Positions 10,640-19,275 of a DNA stretch of 64,000 nt are shown here, one piece after another. The DNA is from Candidatus Poribacteria bacterium (GTDB lineage: Bacteria; Poribacteria; WGA-4E; WGA-3G), in the NCBI GenBank assembly GCA_965242965.1, contig OZ251518.1:160001-224000 (forward strand). The letters are read 5' to 3'. Made by a program: the position numbers and the translations under genes. The number at the start of each line of letters is the position of its first letter. Positions within the stretch are counted from its first letter, which is position 1. The notes under the pieces are model-generated. The model made no database searches. It saw only the letters and a program-made list of their open reading frames with translations, and had not been told where the DNA came from.

Positions 10640-11381
10640 ACTTTAACTGAAGAATTGCCTGCTGCGTCTCGTTCAACCCCTCCATCACGTTTGAACTGAA
10701 ATGCAACCCCTGACCGCCCCAATCCGGCATGTAGCCGATGCTGTAGCAATAATAAAGCGTTCGGCGCGGTTTGCCAGAGACGTTGGTGACAGAACCGTGC
10801 GTGAGTGCTTCCGTGAAGATGATGGCATCGCCAGCTTCCGCAGGAATCGGCGTAAGCACCGGGTTCTCGTCCGGATGATTTCCCCACGGTTTGGGAAAAT
10901 TGCTCTTATGCGCGCCGGGAATGGCGGCGAAGCATCCATCCTCTACATCACAATCCAGCATTGGGAAAACCGCTTTCGTCAGCGTGGATACCATCTGTCC
11001 GTTCTTGCAGTGATATTGGCACTTCGGAATAATCGGCGTGCCGTGCATGTGCAAGCCGGTATAGCCGCCGCCCCACCGATAAATCGTGTAGGTATGATTG
11101 AGGCGATACGGCCCACCTGTCACGCCTTCAACTACCTCAAGCACCTCCGGAATGTCAATCAGCGCGTTGAAAACGCTGTCCGCCTCTAAGATGTTGGAGA
11201 TGTAGAGCTCCTTCTCCGTGCGTTGCGTGCCGAGGCACAACGGCGGCGGATAGTCGTCCGGCGGCATCTCCTCAAACGTGTCAAGGACGCGATTGCACGC
11301 ATCAATCACGTCAGGCGGTATGATACGTTTTAACACAATATAGCCTTGCAAGTCAAACAAATATTTTTGTTCGTCTGTCAT
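10638..11381 (-). CDS. Phytanoyl-CoA dioxygenase (PhyH) family protein
   Basis: MTDEQKYLFDLQGYIVL start; IPGAHK and GDAIIFTEALTHG motifs; the upstream ORF extension runs through repeats and is likely spurious. Confidence 0.85.
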   Translation of the reverse strand: MTDEQKYLFDLQGYIVLKRIIPPDVIDACNRVLDTFEEMPPDDYPPPLCLGTQRTEKELYISNILEADSVFNALIDIPEVLEVVEGVTGGPYRLNHTYTIYRWGGGYTGLHMHGTPIIPKCQYHCKNGQMVSTLTKAVFPMLDCDVEDGCFAAIPGAHKSNFPKPWGNHPDENPVLTPIPAEAGDAIIFTEALTHGSVTNVSGKPRRTLYYCYSIGYMPDWGGQGLHFSSNVMEGLNETQQAILQLK

Positions 11382-11406
11382 TTGCCAATTTCTCCTCTTT
11401 TTTCGG

Positions 11407-11515
11407 GTAGGAGAGACCTCCCGGTCTCGATTCCTCCCTCCAGTCCCGATTCCTCCCTCCCGGTCTCGATGCCTCTCTCCCGGTCCCAATTCTCTCTCCC
11501 GGGCCCGATTCCCTT
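11407..11515 (+). repeat. GTAG-REP followed by about five degenerate 19-20 bp tandem units
   Basis: GTAGGAGAGACCTCCCGGTCTCG then repeats like CTCCCGGTCTCGATTCCT. Confidence 0.7.
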
Positions 11516-11517
11516 CC

Positions 11518-13140
11518 CTACAAATCCAAAAGCGTCTGCGCTGTCCGGTCTTTGTAGGGATCGACGAGGGGCGGCAGATTCGGGCGTGTGCCGTGCGCGT
11601 AGAATTCTTGGATGGACCAGAATTGCAAGCGCGGATACGTCGCATTCCCAATAGTAATCCTGCCGAACTTGCCAGCCGTCGCATGGACACTACTCCGCTT
11701 GCCGATAGGCCGCAGCGTAATGAATACACCACACGCCGCGTTCCGATCTGTCAGCGTATAACAGAACCGCTCTACAGCAGCGGCGTAACTCCGCGTTTTC
11801 CCACCCTTCACTTGCGCCAGAGTGAGTGCGGTGTATCCTTCCTCCGGTGTCGCCACCAAGACACCTTGGCCATCAACGCCGCTGTCACCGGTCTGCCGGA
11901 CGTTCGGCATCATCCCGGTTTGCCACACAGCCCACTTCTCAAACTGGAACGGATTCGTCTGTGCGAGGCGTTCAGCCGAGTCGAAATCGGTGGGGATGCC
12001 TTTTATCGGCAGCGCGGGATACTTTCCAGCGAACCGCACGTTGTTGACAAGATCCAGCGCGAACATCGAGACATCTATGCCGACAACCTGTCTGCCGAGT
12101 TTCAAACCGGCTTCCATCGTCGTGCCGCAACCACAAAACGGATCGAGGATAAGTTCCCCTTCGTTTGAGGACATAGTCACAATGCGTTCAAGTAACGCCA
12201 ACGGTTTCTGCGTCGGGTAGCCGAGAGTCTCTCGACTCCTCGGTCCTAACGGGCCAATATCTCCCCAAAAGTTATCAAGGAGTATGCCTTTGTCCTCATC
12301 CATGTAACGGATGCGGGAAGGGGTTCCCTTTTCGCTGAAGTAGACGCGTCCCTGTTGATAGAGTTGTTCAAGGTTCTCCTTTGTCACGCGCCATCCACTG
12401 GGGTGCGGATTGGTATAGCCGCGCCACTCGTAGCAGAGGCTGGGACGTGGGCCCATGCGTCGACCGCTCCAGAGAGGCGTTAACGCGAACCGTCTCCCTT
12501 TTTCATCAACCTTGGGATAACGTTCAGCGACATCCGGGTCCGGGACATAAATCCCGTTGAATCGATGTTTCGGCATACCGTAAGACAGAATGTAATCGGT
12601 ACTCCTTCCGAGTCTCCTCGGCGCGAATTGATTGCCTTTTGCCTTGCCGCCGGTCCGGTGCCACGCAATACCGCATTGGAAATTCTCCGGACCGAATATG
12701 GTATCCATGAGCACTTTAAGGTGGTAGCCCGCGGTTTCGTCACAGTGGAGGTAGATGGCCCCTGCCGGTTTGAGGACTCGCTTCATTTCGGTGAGCCGCT
12801 CTGCCATATAGATGAGATACGCCGCCATACCGGAACGTTCCGGAACAGCACGGATAGCCCGTAGCGCGGGATGTTTGTCCCTCACCATGCGCCTAAGGCG
12901 TTGCTCCGCCTCGGCTCCCCATGTCCACATATCGGTGAATGCGTCCAGTTGCGCCTTCTGTTTACTGGCATCTTCGCCCCAAAGCACGGAATAAGTCGCC
13001 TTGGAATTGAACGGCGGATCGCCGTAGACGGTATCCACGGATGCATCCTGCCAGTGTCCCATCACCTCAAAACAATCGCCGTAGTAGAGGTGATTAGGCG
13101 CAAGTGCCAAGTCTAATGTGAGAGGTGTATTAAAATGCAT
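11518..13140 (-). CDS. Beta-class N6A/N4C DNA methyltransferase fused to C-terminal Mrr-like PD-(D/E)xK domain (paralog 1)
   Basis: DPPF motif IV before DPFCGCGTT motif I; GYPTQKP; C-terminal FEKWAV...GDSGVDG...AQVKGG; start MHFNT after a GGAG RBS. Confidence 0.85.
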   Translation of the reverse strand: MHFNTPLTLDLALAPNHLYYGDCFEVMGHWQDASVDTVYGDPPFNSKATYSVLWGEDASKQKAQLDAFTDMWTWGAEAEQRLRRMVRDKHPALRAIRAVPERSGMAAYLIYMAERLTEMKRVLKPAGAIYLHCDETAGYHLKVLMDTIFGPENFQCGIAWHRTGGKAKGNQFAPRRLGRSTDYILSYGMPKHRFNGIYVPDPDVAERYPKVDEKGRRFALTPLWSGRRMGPRPSLCYEWRGYTNPHPSGWRVTKENLEQLYQQGRVYFSEKGTPSRIRYMDEDKGILLDNFWGDIGPLGPRSRETLGYPTQKPLALLERIVTMSSNEGELILDPFCGCGTTMEAGLKLGRQVVGIDVSMFALDLVNNVRFAGKYPALPIKGIPTDFDSAERLAQTNPFQFEKWAVWQTGMMPNVRQTGDSGVDGQGVLVATPEEGYTALTLAQVKGGKTRSYAAAVERFCYTLTDRNAACGVFITLRPIGKRSSVHATAGKFGRITIGNATYPRLQFWSIQEFYAHGTRPNLPPLVDPYKDRTAQTLLDL

Positions 13141-13154
13141 GCATTCTCCTTTAA

Positions 13155-14663
13155 TTAATGTGATAGATTTAAGAGCGTCTGCGCCGTCCGGTCTTTGTAG
13201 GGATCGACGAGAGGTGGCAGATTCGGGCGCGTGCCGTGCGCGTAAAATTCTTGGACGGACCAGAATTGCAAGCGCGGATACGTCGCATTGCCGACGGTGA
13301 TAGTGCCGAGTCGAGCCGCTGGCGCGTGGACACGGCTCCGTTTGCCGATAGGCCGCAGCGTAATGAATACGCCACACGCCGCGTTATTGTCGTTCAGAAC
13401 ATGACAAAACGCCTCAACGTCGGAGGTGTAACTTCGCGATTTGCCACCTTTGACTTGGGCGTAGGCGAACTCTGTCCACTCCCTTTCCGCGTCATCGCCG
13501 GCACCTGATGTAACCGTCGGCTTGTTGAGGAGTATCCCTTTCCCATCAATGCCGCCATCGTTCGTCTGCTTGACACTCGGCATCATGCCGGTTTGCCAGA
13601 CAGCCCACTTCTGGAATTCAAACGGCTTCGTCTGCGCGAGTCGTTCGGCAGATTCAAAATCTGTCGGTATCCCCTTAATTGGCAACGGTGGGTATTTTCC
13701 CGCGAACCGCACGTTGTTGACGACATCTAAAGCGAACACGGAGATGTCAATGCCGACAACCTGTCTGCCGAGTTTCAAACCGGCTTCCATCGTCGTGCCG
13801 CAGCCGCAAAACGGATCCAGCACGATGTCGCCTTCGTTGGATGATGCCTTAATCAGCATCTCCAGCAGTGCCAGCGGTTTCTGCGTCGGGTAGCCGAGGC
13901 GTTCTTTGCTCGTTGATGCCAGCACGGGGACATCAATCACGTCACCTTGAAGTTTGCCTTTCGGATAGGTTTTCCCGTAGTAGACTTCGCCGTTCGCGCG
14001 CCGCCTTTTGACAAGCGCGTATTTGTTCCCCTCGTCGTCTATTTTGTTGTAACGTTTCAAATCGGTGTCTCGGTATTCGCCGAAGACATCGTTCCATGTG
14101 TAGGTGCCGCTCTTGGTATAGAAAAGCACGGTTTCGTGTTCCTGCTGATACCTATTTTTGCGTGGCGTGCCGCGATACCCCTTGAACCACACGATCTCTC
14201 CCCTGAAGTTTTGCGGGCCGAAGATGCAATCTAAAAGCATTTTGAGATAGTGGTTTGCTGTCTCATCGCAATGCAGATAGAGCGTGCCTGTCGGTTTCAA
14301 GATGCGTTTCATTTCGGTTAACCGCTCTGCCATATACGTCAAATAGGACAGCATGCCGGTTCTACCGGGATATGTCAGCACGGCGCGAATTACGCGCTCA
14401 GCGGGATGCCCAGGGCGAAGCAAGGTTTCCAGACGCTTCTCTGCCTCCGGCCCCCAGTGCCACATATCGGTGAAAGCGGCCAACTGCGCGCTCTGTTTGC
14501 CAGTGTCTTTCCCCCACAAAATGGAGTAAGTCGCCTTGGAATTGAACGGCGGATCTCCGTAGATAGCATCCACTGATTCATCTGGCCAATGTCCCATCAC
14601 CTCAAAGCAATCACCGTAATAGAGATGGTTGGGGGCAAGTGCCAAGTCTAACGTTAAACTCAT
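13155..14663 (-). CDS. Beta-class DNA methyltransferase-nuclease fusion (paralog 2)
   Basis: Same motifs (DPPF, GYPTQKP, DPFCGCGTT, DGGIDG, AQVKGG) but an unrelated central region. Confidence 0.85.
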   Translation of the reverse strand: MSLTLDLALAPNHLYYGDCFEVMGHWPDESVDAIYGDPPFNSKATYSILWGKDTGKQSAQLAAFTDMWHWGPEAEKRLETLLRPGHPAERVIRAVLTYPGRTGMLSYLTYMAERLTEMKRILKPTGTLYLHCDETANHYLKMLLDCIFGPQNFRGEIVWFKGYRGTPRKNRYQQEHETVLFYTKSGTYTWNDVFGEYRDTDLKRYNKIDDEGNKYALVKRRRANGEVYYGKTYPKGKLQGDVIDVPVLASTSKERLGYPTQKPLALLEMLIKASSNEGDIVLDPFCGCGTTMEAGLKLGRQVVGIDISVFALDVVNNVRFAGKYPPLPIKGIPTDFESAERLAQTKPFEFQKWAVWQTGMMPSVKQTNDGGIDGKGILLNKPTVTSGAGDDAEREWTEFAYAQVKGGKSRSYTSDVEAFCHVLNDNNAACGVFITLRPIGKRSRVHAPAARLGTITVGNATYPRLQFWSVQEFYAHGTRPNLPPLVDPYKDRTAQTLLNLSH

Positions 14664-14699
14664 GAGTTCTCCTTTCAGGCATCCCAGTGAAATGACAGA

Positions 14700-16724
14700 T
14701 TACTGAATTTGCGTTTTTCGTGTATACCTGAGAATCGTCCCGTATTGTCCCACCACCCATCCACTCTCCGAGCTGCTCATGTGGATAGCTTTCAGATCGG
14801 TGCGAGTATCGGTGCGCTGTGGCCTCCAGTTTTTACCGGCATCCCGCGTATGCAACACAAGTCCCGCTTTCCCGACAACCCATCCCTCCGTTTCAGAGAT
14901 GAAAAAGACATCGTCCAGATTGTTTTGTGTGTGCGATTCTTGATGAATCCACGTTCTTCCGCCATTTTCTGTATGCAAGATTAGTCCGTCAATTCCAACA
15001 ACCCAACCTATGTTGTCCGAGACGAAATAAACGGCATCAAACCAAGCCTGACTGTAGCGGGTATCCTTGTGTTTCGCGATGCTCTCGTCAAGATGCCACG
15101 TCTTTCCTCCATCGCGCGTGTAAAGAATAGTGCCGAGTATCCCGACTGCCCACCCGCGCAGTTTTGAGGTGAAGTGAACGTCAAAGAGATTCGCGTTGGT
15201 GCCGCTTCTTTGCGGTTGCCACGTCTTCCCGCCATCATCGGTGTGGATAATCTCGCCGCCACTTCCGACGCACCAACCGGTTTCTTCGTCTATAAAGAAG
15301 ACAGCGAGGAGCTCTTGCTTCGTATCGGAACGTTGACGTTGCCAGAGACTGCCGCCGTTCGTGGTATGTAAGATAACGCCAGCCTCGGCGACTGCCCACC
15401 CTTTCTGTGGGGAGACAAAATGCGTCGCTCCAAAACACTCGGTGGTGCGGCTATCTTGCGCTTGCCACTTCTCCGTGCCATTGCCAAACTGCAGAATCGC
15501 ACCCCGGTCTCCGACGACGTATCCTTTATTTCGCGAAACGGCGTAAACATCAACGAGAAGATGACTCGGACTGGATTGCGATTCCCATGTCACGCCGCCG
15601 TTGCGGGTGTGCAAAATGGTGCCGTTTTCACCGACTGTCCATCCCAATTGCGCCGAGATAAAGTCAACGCCGAGCAGGAGTGCATCCGCGCTGTTATGAA
15701 AGCGCGGGCCGCCGCGTTGATGCTTCCACTTCTTCCCATCCGTGTGGAGGATTACCCCCAAGTCGCCGACAATCCAGCCGCGTAAGTGGGAATCAACATC
15801 GGCATTGACGAAATCCACATCGTAGAGCGCAAAGGTATGGAGTTGTTCGTTACCGAGGTATTCGGGTTGTCCGTAACTCTGTTTGTGGCGTTGGTTGCTG
15901 CCAGCCGTCACCAATTCCCAAGTTTTTCCACCATCGGTTGTTGCGAAAAGACTGCGCTTGTCTCCGACTACCCATCCCCTCATTCTGTCCGCAAAGTGCA
16001 GGCTAAACAACGCTTGTTCCGTTGCAAACTGCTCTGTCCACGTTTCGCCGCTATCTATCGTCGCATAGATATGTCCTGATTCTTGGCTGCTTGAATAGGT
16101 GATAACCCATCCGTGGGTATCGTCAACAAAATGGATGCCGCGCAGGGCCCTGTTTCGGAACAAGGCGGTTCTCCCTATATCTCTCCACGTTTTGCCGCCA
16201 TCGGTGGACTTCAGCAGTGTGCCCCAATCGCCGACTACCCATCCGGTGTCTCCTAAAATAGAGACATCGTGCAGGTTATTTTGCGTGCCGGTTTCAAGCC
16301 GTTTCCATGTCTGTCCGCTATCGGTTGTAGAGATGAGGGTGCCTCCATCACCGACTACCCATCCCTCGGATGCATTGCGGAAGTAGACTTTCCGTAGCGG
16401 TTTCCCGAAGATGCCGCTGTGTTGCCGATGCCAGTTTTTGCCACTATCGTCAGTAGAAATGATAAGGCTCTCCGCGTCCCTCATTTCACCGTGCCGCGGC
16501 GGTTCAAAATTCCCGACTGCCCATCCTCGGTTTTCCGAGACGAAGTGGACATCGTAGAGGTGCGCGCTCCAATCGCCTTTGACAACGGTTTTCCACTCCC
16601 CCCACTGTTTAAAATGCTTCGATGGTGCATCGCCACATGCCAACATGAAGCAGCAGGGCAGCAGGACAGCCATGAAGTAAATCAGGTAAATCCTATGCCG
16701 TTTCAAACAGGACTTCGCTGACAT
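14700..16724 (-). CDS. YCF48/BNR-repeat beta-propeller protein, probable lipoprotein (start 16724 or 16673)
   Basis: About 14 repeats of L.DV.F....GW.VG..G.IL.T.DGG.TW; MLAC lipobox-like. Confidence 0.85.
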   Translation of the reverse strand: MSAKSCLKRHRIYLIYFMAVLLPCCFMLACGDAPSKHFKQWGEWKTVVKGDWSAHLYDVHFVSENRGWAVGNFEPPRHGEMRDAESLIISTDDSGKNWHRQHSGIFGKPLRKVYFRNASEGWVVGDGGTLISTTDSGQTWKRLETGTQNNLHDVSILGDTGWVVGDWGTLLKSTDGGKTWRDIGRTALFRNRALRGIHFVDDTHGWVITYSSSQESGHIYATIDSGETWTEQFATEQALFSLHFADRMRGWVVGDKRSLFATTDGGKTWELVTAGSNQRHKQSYGQPEYLGNEQLHTFALYDVDFVNADVDSHLRGWIVGDLGVILHTDGKKWKHQRGGPRFHNSADALLLGVDFISAQLGWTVGENGTILHTRNGGVTWESQSSPSHLLVDVYAVSRNKGYVVGDRGAILQFGNGTEKWQAQDSRTTECFGATHFVSPQKGWAVAEAGVILHTTNGGSLWQRQRSDTKQELLAVFFIDEETGWCVGSGGEIIHTDDGGKTWQPQRSGTNANLFDVHFTSKLRGWAVGILGTILYTRDGGKTWHLDESIAKHKDTRYSQAWFDAVYFVSDNIGWVVGIDGLILHTENGGRTWIHQESHTQNNLDDVFFISETEGWVVGKAGLVLHTRDAGKNWRPQRTDTRTDLKAIHMSSSESGWVVGQYGTILRYTRKTQIQ

Positions 16725-17499
16725 CGTGGAGCCCCCTAGGTGCGTCCAGCACCCATCTCGCCGCCCGAATCGCGCCTTTGGCGAATGCCTCTGGACTGTG
16801 CGCGCGATGGACAACGCTGAGCTGCTCGCCTTCCGTTGCGAAGAGCACGGTGTGGTCTCCTGCAATATCGCCGCCTCGGACTGCATGCACGCCGATTTCC
16901 TTCTGGCTCCGCGGGCCGACGATGCCGTGGCGGCCGTAAACGCCTACCTCTGCCAGATCTCGTCCGAGTGCCGAAGCCACGGTTTCCGCTAATCGGAGTG
17001 CTGTGCCGCTCGGCGAGTCTGCCTTGTGGTTATGGTGCGCCTCAATTATCTCAACGTTGTAGTCATCGCCGAGTGCCTTTGCAATTAATTCTAATGCCTG
17101 TATCATCACGTTTACGCCGAGGCTCATATTCGGTGCCATGACGCACCGGATTTTCGCTGCGAGCTCCCGCACGGTTGCGAGCTCTTCCGGATTAAACCCC
17201 GTTGTGGCGATTATCATCGCTTTATCTGCATCGACAACCTGTCGCAGGTGTTGCAGCGTTGCTTCGGGTTGCGAGAATTCAATGACAACGTCGCCGCTGT
17301 TAAGCACGTCGCCGAGTTCACCGGTGATGGGGACACCGATGTCGCCGATGCCCGCGACAACGCCGACATCGCTTCCGATTTGCGGGTGCGCCGGGTATTC
17401 AATCGCACCGACGATTTCCATATCTGTTTGTTGGGCAACGCCTTGGGTGATGAGTCGTCCCATGCGGCCGGATGCCCCGTTGACTATGACTCCAATCAT
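16693..17499 (-). CDS. dapB: 4-hydroxy-tetrahydrodipicolinate reductase
   Basis: GASGRMG, EAHHNHKADSPSGTAL, RGGDIAGDH. Confidence 0.96.
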   Translation of the reverse strand: MIGVIVNGASGRMGRLITQGVAQQTDMEIVGAIEYPAHPQIGSDVGVVAGIGDIGVPITGELGDVLNSGDVVIEFSQPEATLQHLRQVVDADKAMIIATTGFNPEELATVRELAAKIRCVMAPNMSLGVNVMIQALELIAKALGDDYNVEIIEAHHNHKADSPSGTALRLAETVASALGRDLAEVGVYGRHGIVGPRSQKEIGVHAVRGGDIAGDHTVLFATEGEQLSVVHRAHSPEAFAKGAIRAARWVLDAPRGLHDVSEVLFETA

Positions 17500-17574
17500 T
17501 TTTTGTTTCTCCGAATTAGTTTTTTATTGGGACAGCTGCGGAAATCTGGCATTTGCATCTGTCATATTTTTATT

Positions 17575-17826
17575 GAGGATGTTTCATAAATCCGTCGCCA
17601 GGCCCTGTAGGTCAAGATCGCCTGATCTTGACCTGTTTGTGATCAGGCGATCACAAACTACAGAGAGGGGGCCGTAGGACCTAAAAACATAACTTGACGA
17701 CGGCCAACGCGGGGGACAGGCCCCCGCGCTACGGGAACATCGAGACCAGGAGGTCTCGCCTACCCGAAGAAATCGAGACCAGGAGGTCTCTCCTACCGAG
17801 AAGACATTGATATATGAAACACTCTC
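17575..17826. mobile_element. TIR-bounded element (copy B)
   Basis: GAGGATGTTTCATAAA ... ATATGAAACACTCTC; REP interior; TSD not convincing. Confidence 0.7.
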
Positions 17827-17829
17827 AGT

Positions 17830-17859
17830 ATTATACACGGACTTTCCCAAAGATGTCAA
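17830..17859 (-). promoter_or_regulatory. Sigma70-type promoter for dapB
   Basis: TTGACA-N18-TATAAT on the minus strand, inside the lipA 3' end. Confidence 0.7.
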
Positions 17860-18769
17860 GTTTTTTCGGCGCAGGTTCAGAAAGCGACGCTTGTTCCGCT
17901 GCATGATAAGAGCTCCGCACCAGCGGTCCCGATTCTACGTGCCGAAATCCCATCTCCAAACCTGCCGCTTTGAGTTCCTCGAATTCTGCAGGGGTGTAGT
18001 AACGTTGGATTGGCAGGTGGCGCGGCGAAGGTGAAAGATACTGTCCTATCGTCAAAATATCGCAGCCAGTATCGCAGATATCCTGCATCGTCTCTAAAAG
18101 TTCGGTGACGGTTTCGCCTAACCCTACCATGAGTCCTGATTTCGTCAGGAGGCGCGCGTTGAACTGTTTACCCATTCGGAGCAGGTTGAGCGTTTGTGTG
18201 TAATTCGCGTAAGGACGCACGCGGCGATAGAGCCGCGGCACCGTCTCCGTGTTATGATTTAGCACCTCTGGCTTCGCTTGGACGATGACTTGGAGTGCAT
18301 CCCAGTTTCCCTCGAGGTCTGGGATGAGCACCTCCACTGTGCAATCGGGCTGATGTTTCCGCGCTTCAGCGATGCACGCCGCGAAGATGCCGGCACCGCC
18401 ATCTGCTAAATCGTCGCGGTTAACAGAAGTAATCACGACATGCTTGAGTTGCAAATACCCGACTGCTTCTCCCAGTCTGCGCGGCTCATCGGTATCGACA
18501 TGAGTGGGATTCCCTTTTTTCACTGCGCAGAACATGCATCGGCGTGTGCAGACATCGCCGAGTATCATGAAAGTAGCCGTGCGGCTGTTCCAACATTCGC
18601 CGATGTTCGGGCATCGCGCCTCTTCACAAACGGTGTGGAGCGATAAGTTTCGCATTAACTTTTTCAGTTCGGCGTAGTGGCCGCCCCCCGGAATGCGCGC
18701 TTTAATCCATGAGGGGTGTCTGCGTTGCTGTGTTGTTGCTGAATCAAATATCGGAAGCGGTTTGAGCAT
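17831..18769 (-). CDS. lipA: Lipoyl synthase
   Basis: CEEARCPNIGEC and CTRRCMFC motifs, C-terminal RSSY. Confidence 0.97.
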   Translation of the reverse strand: MLKPLPIFDSATTQQRRHPSWIKARIPGGGHYAELKKLMRNLSLHTVCEEARCPNIGECWNSRTATFMILGDVCTRRCMFCAVKKGNPTHVDTDEPRRLGEAVGYLQLKHVVITSVNRDDLADGGAGIFAACIAEARKHQPDCTVEVLIPDLEGNWDALQVIVQAKPEVLNHNTETVPRLYRRVRPYANYTQTLNLLRMGKQFNARLLTKSGLMVGLGETVTELLETMQDICDTGCDILTIGQYLSPSPRHLPIQRYYTPAEFEELKAAGLEMGFRHVESGPLVRSSYHAAEQASLSEPAPKKLDIFGKVRV

Positions 18770-18866
18770 TTTTCTGTATGATGTGCTAAGTGTTCAATAG
18801 CGTTTGTCTTTGCGAGGCATCGAGACCAGGAGGTCTCTCCTACCGGGAAGAACTGAGTCAATTAAC

Positions 18867-19160
18867 GGAGGTGTTTCATAACTCCGTTTCGGTATTTATC
18901 CCGCCTTGGAGGGCAGGCGAATACCGGAAGGCATTGGGCCACCTCTGTAGTTCGAGATCGCCCGATCTCGAACGGGTCAGGATCAGGCGAGCCTGACCTA
19001 CAGGGGTGAGAAGGTCTGCCAGCCAAACGCATGGCGAGGGAAACCCTCTCGGATGCGCGTGTGGCATCCGAGGCCCCTCGCGCTACGGGAAGGGGCGGCG
19101 TTTTTTCGCCGCAGCGCGGGGGCTGTCCCGGCGACGTTGAGCGATTTATGAAACACCCTG
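18867..19160. mobile_element. TIR-bounded element (copy C), inverted homolog of copy A
   Basis: GGAGGTGTTTCATAA ... TTTATGAAACACCCTG; 19081-19160 is the reverse complement of about 10252-10335. Confidence 0.7.
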
Positions 19161-19168
19161 AATAAAAA

Positions 19169-19262
19169 TGGCGGGAGAGGGTGGGAGTCGAACCCACCTA
19201 TCCACTTGCATGGACAAGCCGGTTTTGAAGACCGGTAGGGCCACCGGACCCTATCCTCCCCC
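19169..19262 (-). tRNA. selC: tRNA-Sec (UCA anticodon)
   Basis: 94 nt; 8-bp acceptor stem GGGGGAGG/CCTCTCCC, anticodon loop CT-TCA-AA, long variable arm, T-arm GTGGG-TTCGACT-CCCAC, G discriminator + CCA; directly downstream of selB. Confidence 0.95.
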
Positions 19263-19275
19263 ACAATGATAGTCA

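Noticed and set aside
11381-13377. Long N-terminal extensions in the ORF track (PhyH to 11732, MTase to 13377; likewise 2388, 16886, 35939, 51274, 62346)
   Set aside because: They overlap neighbouring genes or repeats; downstream starts fit the RBS positions and family N-termini.
19169-19262. Integrative island at tRNA-Sec
   Set aside because: There is no integrase and no duplicated tRNA 3' end in the window, and lipA follows directly.
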